A stretch of DNA of 64,000 bases from Welwitschia mirabilis (Eukaryota). The notes beneath the pieces were generated by a model. That model was not told the DNA's origin. It was given only the letters and a program-made list of their open reading frames with translations, and did no database searches. Of this stretch, positions 1 to 13,049 are shown one piece after another. Positions within the stretch are counted from its first letter, which is position 1; every line of letters begins with the position of its first letter. The stretch is from contig JBOZIK010000001.1 in the NCBI GenBank assembly GCA_051453625.1, positions 49,137,645 through 49,201,644 on the forward strand. The letters are read 5' to 3'. Position numbers and translations under genes: made by a program.

Positions 1-1893
1 TTGAACAACTCATTCTTACATCCAGTAATGGTAAGAAATGCATAATTGATAGAACTTACGTGACAATCTTTCTGATGACTTTGCGAGATAATGCTAAACT
101 TTATCTTAGGACAATTCCTCATAAAAGCCTAAAATCTTGGAACCAAGTTCAAGAAGCGTTTGTCAAGAGATTCATGAGTGAAACTACCATCCGGAAATAT
201 AAGAAAGAAGTTACAAACTTCCAACAATTACCTAATGAAGACTATGCTTCTGCTTACAAGAGATTCTTTGTGGCTTTATATTCAAACCCAGTAGATGCTT
301 TTTTGAGGTAGAATTAATAGACTATTTCTATAGTGGGTTAAACAGTCACACCAAATAACTTGTAGATTTCTCTTGTGAAGGCAACCTCTTAAACCAAACT
401 CTAGAAGATGCTTGGAAGATATTAGAATATTTAGTCAAAGTAAGTCAAACTTGGCCAAAACCCTTCATTAAAGAAAACAGACAGTAGGCCAAATTATCAA
501 AGACCACAAAGAAGTCAAGCATGAAAAAACTGAAACCAAAATAGAATAGAACCAACTAGTGTCATTAAGAATTTCACATCTACCTTAGATAATACACTCA
601 GATGGTCCTTGATGCTAAAGTGGCAACTGAGAGGAGTCAAATTATTGGTCCAACTTGTGATTTATGCAAGGATAATTATCACATTACAAAAGAGTGTCCT
701 TTACTCCCTACACGTAAAGAAAGAATTTATGAAGAAGTACATGCATTGAACTAAGGACCCTATAGCTATAATCAAAACTACAACCAAAGACAAGTCCCAA
801 ATCACAACTTCCAAAATAGGATAAATGACCAACCTAATAATTTTCAAGCATATTATCCTAACTCCCAACCCTATCGAAACAGATATGAACATCAAAATTT
901 CCAATCCAACTACTCTTTTAACTCTCAGAACCATAGTGATCCTCTTAGGAATTCTATCGAGAAGTTGAGAAAAACTTAAGAAAAGACTAATGCAAACATA
1001 GAAAATCTTGTGAACATCTTACAACAAACTATGCTTGCTAATCAAAAACCATAAGGGACCCTTGCCACTCAACCTTTACCAAACCCTAATGAAGTATAAA
1101 AAGATTGTAAGGTAGTGATAAGGAGTGGCACTGTCACAAATCCGAATAATCATGAGGCTTCAACTTCCCACAATAATAAGAACGATGAGGAAGAAGACAT
1201 AGAAATCTTAGAAAACCATTCCTTTTCTTCTTCCTTAGCAACAAAAAGAAAAATTCATCACAAAAGAAAACTATTACCTCATGGCTTAATAGTTTTAATG
1301 AAAACCCTGTCTTTGATGATCACTTAAAAGTCTTAATGTAGAATGTAAGCATCAATTTACCTTGTTGAAAACTTTTGCAAGAAAACCCCAAATACTCTAA
1401 GCTATGAAAAGACCTAATCAAAAGAAAGCAAAAATGAGTCATCCCAAGTAAAGTCTTTCTAGCTCAATCCATTAGCAATTTAGCTTCCCAAAAGTGTCCA
1501 AAGTTTAAAGATCCAGGGGCAACAACAATTAGTGTCACTTTAGAGGGAAACCAAAGAATTAAGAAAGCCTTGATAGATATAGAAGCCAGTGTTAACGTCA
1601 TGCCTTTGCACATTTGTAAACATTTAGGATTGGAAGAGAGAATAGAACTTACAGAAATTACCTTAGAGTTAGCTAATGCATCCATAAAAAGACCCCTAGG
1701 TGTGATAAAGGACTTGGTCATTCAGATTGAAGAAACTTTCTACCACATAGATGTCATTGTTTTAGAAGTTGAGAACCAAAATACATATCCCCTACTTCTA
1801 GGTAGAGCTTTTTGTGAAATAGCTCATTGCATCATAAACACTAGAACTGGATTGATGAAATTTCACTTTGGAAATAAACGATTTTCAATATGA
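1..1893 (+). pseudogene. degenerate gag-protease of gypsy copy A
   Basis: ORF fragments 60-311 (retrotransposon gag-like) and 1570-1893 (retropepsin; DIEAS where DLGAS is expected; KDPG motif near 1508). Interrupted by stops and frameshifts. Confidence 0.85.
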
Positions 1894-4427
1894 GTCTTTG
1901 ATGAAGCAGAAAAAGATTTAGTCAATAATTTAGATTTGGAGGAAGATCTAAAACCTAGCCGATCTTTACAAACCCCTCTAAACCTAAAGAAAATTATAAA
2001 AGAATAAATCATAAAAATAATGAGTGGAAAATGGTATGCACACATCGAAAACAATTAAAATGATATGAGGAATTTTAGGTGCAACTGTAATCATAGTANN
2101 NNNNNNNNNNNNNNNNNNNNNNNNNNNNNNNNNNNNNNNNNNNNNNNNNNNNNNNNNNNNNNNNNNNNNNNNNNNNNNNNNNNNNNNNNNNNNNNNNNAA
2201 AAAAAAAAAAGAGATAAAACCAAGTAAGCATGTGCTTTGTGATGATCAAAGTGAAAAAAAAAAAAAAGAAAAAAAACTTTATGAGTATAGGGAAGTACAA
2301 CTTTTTAAGAAAAATTATAAGGGATATTGTTCATTTCATGAGCCAAAAAGTAAAAATCACAAAATGAATTTAAAAAAGAAAAATGTTTTTAATGGGCATA
2401 AAGGTAATTTTCTTTATAATGTTCCTCTTGAATTTCATGAAATTATTTCACCCAAGTTACCTTTTCTCTTCCCTTTAACTTTCAAAATTTGTGCTTTCAT
2501 ATGGCATTATAAAGTGCTATCTATTGCCCCTTTCTTTATCCAATTGATTTTAAATGAATTATATTTTATCACTTGGTAAATTTCTAGTTTAGGCCATACT
2601 TCTCTGAAAAGCTTGAGACCACCATAAATCCTTGATTTTTTTTTCTTTCTTTTTATTTGGTTGTTTTGTTATTTTCTTTTTAGTTTTCAGTTTTCAGAGT
2701 CTCTATTTTTATTTTTATGATCTCTGTTTTTATTATTGTTTCACTTTTTACTTTCTATTTCTATAAAATAATTGGTCATCTCCTCTGTTATCCCCATGAT
2801 GAGGTGGATGATAGTTATTTTTTTTAGTTTTTCTATTTTTCTGTTAATTTTTTGTGTTCTGTTTCTCTTTCCTATGTTTTTCATCCTCTCTATCATCTGG
2901 ATGACGAGCAAGATCACAGTAAATAAACTATTAATTTTTATTTTCTATTATACATTCTTATGGCTCTGTTGGAATTTTTGACTTAACTATTTAAGAATTA
3001 CAAGAAGTAAATGGACAAAAATTGGAATGTCATGAGCATACCATCTAAATTTTTTCTTAGCCTTTTTCCTTTCAAAGATTATTGTGGCATTACTTGATCA
3101 TCTTTTAACTTGAATTATGTATTTATTTCCATAACTAGTTTTTTAACTTAAGCATTTTAGTGATAAGATTGGATTCACCCAATCTTAGGACATTCACAAA
3201 TCTCTGAACTTTAATCAAAGGAAGATGCTTTATTTTTTATGCTTTTCTCAATGGTAAAAAGATCTTATATTGTTTAAGAATTTTCTTTTCTATCTTAATC
3301 TTTTAAATTTTTTCTTTATCTTTTAAATTGTTTGGTCATGTAAAATGTGATTTTTTAAAATTAAAAAAAAAAACATGCTTACCATGATGTCCAACTGCAA
3401 GTACACTAGGATAAATGTTTCTGAGAGGAGCCTTTGGTAGTGTAATATGGTAGCTATGGAAACTCCACTAGAGGGTCCATTGCCCATGCTTCTTGGGTTC
3501 TTACTCCTCTGATAGTGGTTGCACTCTCCTCATCATGGCATAATAAATATAAATTTTAGTATTCCCACTTGATCATTTCACTTTTAAAGATTTTGGTGAA
3601 TTTGTAGGTAGAAATAGATGAGTCCATTTCTAAGTACCTTTTGATTTGACCTTCATTGTTCTACACACTTGAAACCTTGGATATCACTATAACCATTGCC
3701 CTTTTGAATGAAATTTATCAAGTAAATACATTTTGTCATGCATCTTTAATCAGGTAATGTTATGATGTTTTCCTTTGAAGTTTGCTATGTTAGTACTTAG
3801 AATAGGTAAACACTCTTCTTCTTGTTCCTTGTGTTTATTTCTCCTTTGCTTTTCTTCTATTTTTATGTCTACTATTTTCTAGTCATTTTTACATTTTCTT
3901 CTTTCCGTAGGAATTTATTAGTTTAGTAGTTTTTCATTCCAGTCGTTATTACATTTTTCATTTTTGTTAGTTTAGGCAATTTGGGACGCATTGCATATTT
4001 TAAATAGGGGGTAGGATACACACCAATTTTAGTATTACATATTTCTGATACAAATTTTTCGATTATGAGAAACTACTCCTTGATTCTTATATGATGTTCA
4101 TCTTTTTATTCGACATTTTATTACATTGAAGAGCTATTTATCACTATTAATGCAAAATCTGATTTCTGTCACAGGTTCCAAACTCTGAAAAACTTTTAAG
4201 AATCCTATCGTCCCCACTATCATCCGGGCAATAAACTGGATGACAAACATCTGATGCTGCACAGGTACTTTATTCAGTTTTTAAAATTTTTGAATTCAGT
4301 CCATTACTGATAGATATATTTCAATTGCTTTCTCCAGATATCCTAGTTTTTATTTTTTAAAAGTTGGTCGTGAATATGGTTTACCACCTGGTTTTGTCAG
4401 GGACTGACAAGACTAAGTGGGGGGCTA

Positions 4428-5746
4428 TGTTACGATGCCAACTTATGTGTATTTGATAGGGTATTTTGAGTTGTTTTACAGATAAACTAACAGATAAATG
4501 CTTAGTTCCTATGACAATCGAGAATCAAGGAGCACAAGATGAAAACATACAATTTATCAAATAATTCACAAGCATTTCATGTAGATAAAAATAAATTATA
4601 TTTTCAGATAACTATTCCTACAAATAACAAAAGATCACACTAACTAAAGATGAAGAAAAGACTATCGTCTCCTTAGTCATCCCCACGAAAGTCAGGATGA
4701 CAACCCCAATTGAGTGACAAATAGACTTCTTTCCAGATAACTTCCAAATAAACTGAAGACTTCTGACCATCATCCACCTAATCATCCAGACGACACTAGT
4801 GGATGACATCTCGAGAACCAGTTGATCACAGTTTGCATGTAGTTAGACAAGGAGATAAACTAAAGCAAAATCAAAGTTCCAATTATCTATCCTCATCATC
4901 TCTTCCATCGTTTGGATGACAGGCAGGATGATACTATTCTCTTACACTTTTATCGAATGTTTTCCCTAGTTATCACCTCTTCTTTGCGACTTTATTTTGC
5001 ATGTTAGCTAGAGTTTCTCTTCTACTTCTCTGTCAGTTTCCTTTTCCTTTCTGTCTATAAATAAAGGTCTCCCCCTTGATCTCTAATCATCTTCAACAAT
5101 ACCTGACATTCTCGTGACAGGAGATCTTGGGACTAGAGAATCATCTTGTAATCTAGAGAGATGTTACCTTAGCGTTGGACGACGTATCCTCCATTGAGGA
5201 ATGATTACTTTGTGATACAGATGCCTTTTTCACTTTTAATATGAATTATCCTTTTTGTCAATAATTGTAGGAACTTATCCCTAATAGTTTATGTTGTTTA
5301 AGATTTGTGACAAGTTTCTTTGATTATATAGATTATGAAGGCAACCTTTGTCAATATTGAGCTTGATTAGATTAGGTGCATCGCTGTTTCTTTTCATAGA
5401 TTAGTTTTGCANNNNNNNNNNNNNNNNNNNNNNNNNNNNNNNNNNNNNNNNNNNNNNNNNNNNNNNNNNNNNNNNNNNNNNNNNNNNNNNNNNNNNNNNN
5501 NNNNNNNNNNNAGATTAGTTTTGCATCATTATTTCAATTCCATGCATTGCAGTTTAATTCAATAGATTAAGGTTACATATTTCTTTTTTGAAATCAACTC
5601 TTTATTATCCATACTATTGGGCTTCGATGGAATTACGACATTCGTATCACTTCGTCTATACTAGTGTGCTATATTTGTGCATCTTATTTGTAATTAACAG
5701 GTTTTAAATCAAGGCGTGAAACATTACATAAATTCGCACCGCAACA
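4428..5746 (+). repeat. 3' LTR of gypsy copy A
   Basis: Starts TGTTACGATGC just after the PPT and ends GCACCGCAACA (imperfect terminal inverted repeat, TG...CA). TATA-like CTATAAATA at ~5055. Homologous in reverse orientation to LTRs at 18738-20817 and 32423-33671. Confidence 0.8.
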
Positions 5747-7897
5747 TCCATCTATCAAAATAGCTTAAATTTAACCAAGTATTACTTTGATTTAATAAAC
5801 ATTTTTATGTTATTTTTTATCAATTTCTTATTGATTTAAATTCTAATTTTCATGTTTTAATGCTTTTATAATTCATTTTTATGCTTAGTAAAAGGTTATC
5901 TTATAAGTTAAATGTATTGCAATTTAACAAAAATCTTATTATTATTGAACAATTTTCTTAGTCAATTTGAAAAATCTCTCTTTTTAAGCATTATATTTTG
6001 ATTCTCAACTATTATAAATTTTATGTAGATTGAAATGATATGTTTGAATTACCTAGTTACATTTATATATGGAATTAAGTAGTTAACTTTTCAAGAAAAA
6101 GTATTTTTGTATATGAAAATGACTTAGATAAATTTGATTGTTTAAATTCCTTTTCTTATTCATATGAATTATAAATGATCTCTAAAATCTCATGAATGTT
6201 CATGAAAAATTACTTCTACTTATTTATTTGTATTTCTCTTTTCACATCTTGTGAAATCATGCTTTTAGACATGTAGTTTTTCACAATTATTTTAAGTCGT
6301 GTGTGTTTAATTAATCGTATGTTACTAAAGAGGAATAGTTTTTTCAATCATATAAAGTAATCATTTGATAAGGTAATATTAATATTTCCAAATGAATTCA
6401 TGTCAAGTGTTTAGCGGTTTGATACTCGTGTATTTACTTCATATGCAATTCAACCTAGAATAAGTCTTTATATCATAACTTAAAATTTTTATACTTCATT
6501 TTCTTTCTCCAAGGTGAATTATCATATTAAGCACACATTTATTTTTGTGAGAGATTAAAGTCTGATCATCTCATTTTAAAAATTGAGTTTTTTTTGAAGA
6601 AAGTATATATATTAAAATAGGAAATGTACATCAGGAGGCAAAATTGTCCGAGCGTTATAGAAGCACTACTTGAAGGAAAAGAGACTTAAAATAGTAAGAT
6701 GAAAAGGGGCAAAACCGCCTCCCAAAAATAACATATCTAGAACTTGCCTAAAAGGATGCAAGCACTAGTGAAAATAGCTAAAAAAGGACTTAAGGCTACT
6801 GAAAATAGGGGCAAAACTACCCCTTGAAATCAGAACTTACAAAGTACTTGGAATTAAAAGGGAAAAAACCAAAAAGAAAGAGGATTACCGTCCTCTACAG
6901 TCCTCTATAGAAAGGAAAGATGGTGTCATGATTATGTTCAAGAAAAAATTTGTCCAGGTCATCTGAGAGGNNNNNNNNNNNNNNNNNNNNNNNNNNNNNN
7001 NNNNNNNNNNNNNNNNNNNNNNNNNNNNNNNNNNNNNNNNNNNNNNNNNNNNNNNNNNNNNNNNNNNNNNNNNNNNNNNNNNNNNNNNNNNNNNNNNNNN
7101 NNNNNNNNNNNNNNNNNNNNNNNNNNNNNNNNNNNNNNNNNNNNNNNNNNNNNNNNNNNNNNNNNNNNNNNNNNNNNNNNNNNNNNNNNNNNNNNNNNNN
7201 NNNNNNNNNNNNNNNNNNNNNNNNNNNNNNNNNNNNNNNNNNNNNNNNNNNNNNNNNNNNNNNNNNNNNNNNNNNNNNNNNNNNNNNNNNNNNNNNNNNN
7301 NNNNNNNNNNNNNNNNNNNNNNNNNNNNNNNNNNNNNNNNNNNNNNNNNNNNNNNNNNNNNNNNNNNNNNNNNNNNNNNNNNNNNNNNNNNNNNNNNNNN
7401 NNNNNNNNNNNNNNNNNNNNNNNNNNNNNNNNNNNNNNNNNNNNNNNNNNNNNNNNNNNNNNNNNNNNNNNNNNNNNNNNNNNNNNNNNNNNNNNNNNNN
7501 NNNNNNNNNNNNNNNNNNNNNNNNNNNNNNNNNNNNNNNNNNNNNNNNNNNNNNNNNNNNNNNNNNNNNNNNNNNNNNNNNNNNNNNNNNNNNNNNNNNN
7601 NNNNNNNNNNNNNNNNNNNNNNNNNNNNNNNNNNNNNNNNNNNNNNNNNNNNNNNNNNNNNNNNNNNNNNNNNNNNNNNNNNNNNNNNNNNNNNNNNNNN
7701 NNNNNNNNNNNNNNNNNNNNNNNNNNNNNNNNNNNNNNNNNNNNNNNNNNNNNNNNNNNNNNNNNNNNNNNNNNNNNNNNNNNNNNNNNNNNNNNNNNNN
7801 NNNNNNNNNNNNNNNNNNNNNNNNNNNNNNNNNNNNNNNNNNNNNNNNNNNNNNNNNNNNNNNNNNNNNNNNNNNNNNNNNNNNNNNNNNNNNNNNN

Positions 7898-10800
7898 TCT
7901 AGGTTTAAAATCGGGTTTCCATTAAATAGGAGTCAGAAGTAGAGCTTTGGGACGAACTAGGGCTTGAAGCTAGAGAAGGAGGGTGCTGGGCATGCCCACC
8001 TTATTTCTGAGAAGGGTGAGTTAGAGACTAAACTTAGGCTAGGCTAGGAGAATGCTCCTCAGGAGTTTTCTGTTGGGCTAGAAGTAAAGACGGTCCTTCT
8101 AAGTGAGCTAAGGGTGAAGATACCCCCTATTTCTAGGGCTGGATTGAGCTGCTATTTCTTCAGAAGTAGTGTTCCTAACAGAGAAGGAACTTCTGGTAGA
8201 TGTTATCCTAAGGGGATCTAATGAGGATGGAAATAGGGAGGAGGGGGAGGGACCTCTATGGCCTAAGCTTTTTGAGCTATTCTCTATAGGGCTAGGATTA
8301 AACCTGAGTGCCTTGAGGAGTCATTGTAATTAAGAACTTGAATGAAGAAATAAAGAAGATTCACCTAGCATCCTAGGTCAAATGCCTTAAGAAACATGAA
8401 ATGGATACCACAAAGCTTAGAATGATTACTAGATTGAATGCAATATCTGTCCACTAGTTCTATCCCAAGTTCCCATGGGGGCGGTAACGCCTTACTGCTA
8501 ATGTGTTCACTAGGCAGTTTAGGAATTCCACTTAGAAAGAAATGGATAGCTTCTCGTTAGCCTTTACTTTCAAATAGGATCCTTTCACTTTTTACTAAGA
8601 TCTCTAGCAGTCTATCAAAAGATTATTTGGAAATTTCTATTGGAATTCTTGTGAAAGTTGTTCACCCTCCTCTCCATCGCCTGTAAAAAGGGGCGATATC
8701 AGCCTGCATATCCCCTCTCAATTTGTGCAAAAGGGTTTCCCACCCCACCTCCTGAATTTTTTCCCACAGCTTCGTGCATCCCTCATAGAGGTCTGGGTTA
8801 GCAGGCTCATAGGTTAGGGTGGCTACCATGGTAATTTTAATTTGAGAATGAGTGTGAATAATCTTCCTAGCTATATAAATAGGAAAGGGTAAAGGGGCAT
8901 TATTGAAAATTAGACTATTTTGAATCTGCCATATTTGCTAGAAAGTCAGTGAATCCCATCCATTAAATGCATGTCAAGGGTGTCATAGCTTTGATAATAC
9001 TTCATCATTATGGCAATTAGTTCCTTGCTCCAAGCACATTGATGAAAGATATGTTGTACTATTTCTGGATCAGACTGGTAAGTGAAACAACTAGCATCAA
9101 CTTGAAATCCCCTTTTTGATAATTGATCTCTTGTCAAAATTCAGTGATGCTCTTTCAGCCAATAGAAGACTTTAATTTTTTTGTTATTTGTCCCCTCTAA
9201 TTCTTTTTGTAATCATCTTGTTTGCCATATTTCTTGATCAAGATCTATTTAGAAGTTTTACTCTAAGAAATATTTAATTCAGTAAGTTGTTGATAAGCTT
9301 TATAAAGATGATTTCTTAGATATAATACCCTGTGCTCAATTGTCCAGTTTCTGTACTTGTGATTAATTAAGTCACTCCATGACTGCCTTCCCTCTTATAA
9401 TCTCTTTAGGATCTTCTGAGATCCTATGAGAATACAATCTTTAGGTTTTTGAATTCCCCATCCTTCTGATTTCTTAAGATGAGATATAATTTTCCATTTA
9501 CAGAGATGTATTTAGTAGTGGTTTTTTCCCCCCACCAAATAAAATCTTTTAAGATCCTGTCAGATTTTTGCATGATATTCTTTGGGGGGTTATAATAGAA
9601 GCTATATACTGAAAAGAAGAAACTAGACAAGAATGTGTAAGAATGATTTTAGCCTTTGAGGACAAAAAGTTGTTATGCCAAGAGCTGCACCTCCTTTGTA
9701 TAGATTTCAAAATGTAATTCTAGGTACTTGTCTTATGTCAATTTCATAGAGGAATGCCCAGGTAGATATCCTGAAGGTCTTCTAACTTTATGTTCATGAT
9801 GCGGACGATTTCGCCCCCTTTGATACATTATCTGCTTAAGGTATGTATTCTAGATTTATTCCAATTAGTATAAATCCATGTTGCCTCTGCAAATGTATTC
9901 ATGGTATTTTTTATAGCTTTTTATTACTGACAGGTCATCTTGATTATGATGATGGTCTCATCTACATAGTGATTATTAAGAAAAATTTAACCTCCAATTC
10001 TAATTCTTATAATTTCGTTATTTCTTAAGAAAACTTATAGAACATTTCATTACAAATAAAAAAATGTATGGGGATAGAGGACCCCCTTGTCTCAAACCTC
10101 TTCCCACTAAGAAGAAGTTTGATCTATGACTATTGACCTCTACACTAAAACTCAGTCAAAGCATGCATGTCTAGCTATAGATTAATAATATCTTGAGAGA
10201 AGCTGATTTTCCTAAGAATGCACCCTAATGCTTGCCAACAAACCGAGTCATAAGTTTTGCAATATTTAGTTTAGCAATGAGAAGCAAAGATTTTTGTTTT
10301 TAATAGAGTAAATAATTTCATGAGTTAAAAAGATTTAGTTTTAGATATACCTAGAAGGAATGAAGCCAGCTTGGTTCTCTGAAATCATGTTGGAGAGTAA
10401 GGGGATGATTTGGCCAGTCATAATTTTTGCAAAGATTCTATAAATGAAGTTGCAAATCTCTAAGGGCCTAAAGACCTTTGATCTAATGGTATTCTTCTTT
10501 TTCAATATGAGGACTACTCTAGTTTTATTCATCTCTCTAGGAATCCGTCTATTATAGAATATTTCATACATTGCATTATGGAGATTATCTCCTAGGATAG
10601 AGAAATATGATTTGAAGAGTTCAATTGGCCACCCATCAGGACTATGTGCTTGGTTATTCTTNNNNNNNNNNNNNNNNNNNNNNNNNNNNNNNNNNNNNNN
10701 NNNNNNNNNNNNNNNNNNNNNNNNNNNNNNNNAAACCTTCTTGTTTTTTGGGATTAGGCTAGGAACGATATCGTCCCATTCCCAGACTCTCTAGAGATGG

Positions 10801-11960
10801 TCCTGCAATTCCTTAGCTATTTCCTTTTCATTTTCTGTGACTCAGCCTCTTACTATAAGACTTTTAATTTTGTTATTAGATCTATACTAGTTGGCCTGTT
10901 GGAAGAAGAATTTAGTGTATCTATCACCCTCTTTAAGCCACTTGATCCTTGATTGTTCTCTCCAATAGTATTCTTCATTCTCATATATTTTTTGAAGATC
11001 CATTAGGCACTAATATTTTTTGTTTCAAAGGCTTTTCTGGTTACCTTCCTTCTCCTACTTGGTTTAAATGCATCTAATTTCCTCCTCGATTTTAGATTTT
11101 AAGTCAAACCTCTCCTTATCTTTCCTTCTCCAATCTCTTATGTGATCCTTTAAGGTATTAAGGCCTCTGTATAAGAAAGTGACAGGTTAGATATCATCAT
11201 ATTGTACCCAGATCTTTTCCAAGAGCTCTCTATTTTCTGTTTGGTTAATCTAGTATCATTCTATACAAAATGGGGTTTTCGAGGTCAAAAACATCTCTAA
11301 TCTGAGCATAATGGGATGATGATCCTAGGTGATCCTATTTAGGCCATGATCTTTAAGAGGAAGTTTAGCTAGATGTTTCCCATCTAGCACTCTATCAATC
11401 TTGAACATTATTAGATCTGTATCTACTATTCTATACAACTACGTGTATGTGTAACTAGTGATGGGTATAACTATGTGGAAGTATCTTACATAAAAATCTT
11501 TTAGGATAGAAGCCCCTCTAGAGTTTCAGTTGTCACCACCTGATTTTTTCTAGCAGTGAAGGCATTAATTAAAGTAATCCAAAATTACCCATTTGGATTT
11601 GTCCACTACATTTCTTTATGCTTCTTCTAATACCATGACCTTGTCTAGATTGTGCTACTAGCTATAGATACTTGTAACAGTCCATCTTTTGTTCTTAAGA
11701 AAAATCATAATATGATTTTGGCTGCTGTAAATCAGATCTTCCTCTTTTTTAGTAAAAATCAAATGACCACCAAAGTTACCTTGGGTCACAATGTTAAAAG
11801 ATGTCCAATGCTAGTTCATCTTTATATTTCCCATATCTTGTTTTATCTTCGTCTCCTATAGGCAGATTAAATTGATATTATTTTGAGTAATCAAATTTCA
11901 TAGGGTCTTTTTTTTATAAGAGAACCCTAGTCCCCTGTAGTTCCATAAGATATAATTCAT
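7898..11960 (-). pseudogene. LINE ORF2 (AP endonuclease, reverse transcriptase, zf-RVT, C-terminal extension)
   Basis: Starts MNYILWNYRGLG at 11960; WLKEGDRYTKFF (~10940); FRPLEICNFIYRIFAK and ISENQAGFIPSR (10341-10571); RGLRQGGPLSPYIF (~10070-10105); zf-RVT-like CFTYQSDPEIVQHIFHQC; IWQIQNSLIF at ~8905-8935. Confidence 0.85.
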
Positions 11961-13049
11961 TAGGGATGTTTTTGCCCCTTTCTAGTTGCTTGTCCTTTTC
12001 CAATGTGTCTTTGAAAGTATTTTGGGAACTATTTTCAACATTCTCTGCCATTTCTCATTTTCATAGGGTTCTTTTACTAGGTCTTCCCTTGGTATAAGTT
12101 TCCATTTAATTGGATTGTTTATCGTGAAGGTTTTGTTGGGTGTCATTCTCATCCATGAGAGGTTGAAATGGTTTTCCTATTTTAGATCTTCCTTTCTCTT
12201 GCTTTTCTTTGGAAAAATGATGGTGATCTTTCTAGTTTATTCCTTTCTTTTCTTGTGTTGGTATATGTTCTGATTATGACCAGTCTTCCCATAGAAAGTG
12301 TAGGTTTCCTTTTGCTTTTCTTCAATATCAATCAATCTTTTTCGACATTCATCTCATAGGTGATCCAATATTCCACAATGTGAGCATTTCTTCTTAAGAG
12401 GAGAACATCTTCTAGAGGGGTTTCCTGATTTTCCATAGGTTGTGCAGGGAATCAAAAGGTTCTTATATGTAACTTCTAGATCATAGGTTTCCCATTTGGA
12501 TCTAAACTTTATGAATTGGATCTCCTTAATATCCTCCAGATTCATTCACACACAGAATCTAGCTAAAACTAATTTTGGTCTATTTAATCGTGATTTGATC
12601 AAGCTTTATCAGGTATCCAAAATAACCGGTCATTTTTCTTAGTAGATCTTCATCCCAAAACTTGAGGTGAAACTTGTGGATGTGGATCTATATCAAGAGT
12701 TTTTTAAATAGGTGCAAGTCCAGCTGCATCCTCAGCATCCATTTAGCTAGGGTAAGGCTTTTAACTCCAAAAAACCATGGTTGTCTTGCGATGTTTCATC
12801 CCGATCTTATTCATTATATAGCTATAATAAAATCAACCCTTCTAGCATTGCAATAATGTCAACCTTGCTAACTCCTATCCATTTTGTTGTGACTCAATCA
12901 CGGATCTGATTGAACCGAGATCGAGGGCAGGATGAGACAAACTTTCCGATGAGACTGAATCTAATCTTCTTTTCAATTTCACTACACACATCTTCATCGA
13001 TGTCTAATACAAGGGATTTCCCTTCCCTGGAGAACTAAGTCTTCTCCAT
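11960..13049 (-). pseudogene. LINE ORF1 (DUF4283-like plus zinc knuckles)
   Basis: Minus-strand translation from ATG 13049: MEKT*FSREGKSLVLDIDEDVCSEIEKKIRFSLIGKF...; knuckle region IPCTTYGKSGNPSRRCSPLKKKCSHCGILDH (12354-12545). TAATG stop/start overlap with ORF2. Confidence 0.75.

Larger units (their letters stand above)
1..5746 (+). mobile_element. Ty3/gypsy LTR retrotransposon, Athila-like (copy A), 5' end outside window
   Basis: Gag-like ORF (KSWNQVQEAFVKRF...FQQLPNEDY), Zn-knuckle remnant near 655-700, aspartic protease (KKALIDIEASVNVMP...PLLLGRAF), polypurine tract AAGTGGGGGG at ~4415-4424 and a 3' LTR. RT/integrase not visible; a 100-N gap lies at 2099-2198. Confidence 0.85.

Noticed and set aside
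1893..2600. Copy A as a non-autonomous element lacking RT/RH/IN
   Set aside because: A 100-N gap of unknown true size sits where pol would be, so absence cannot be shown.
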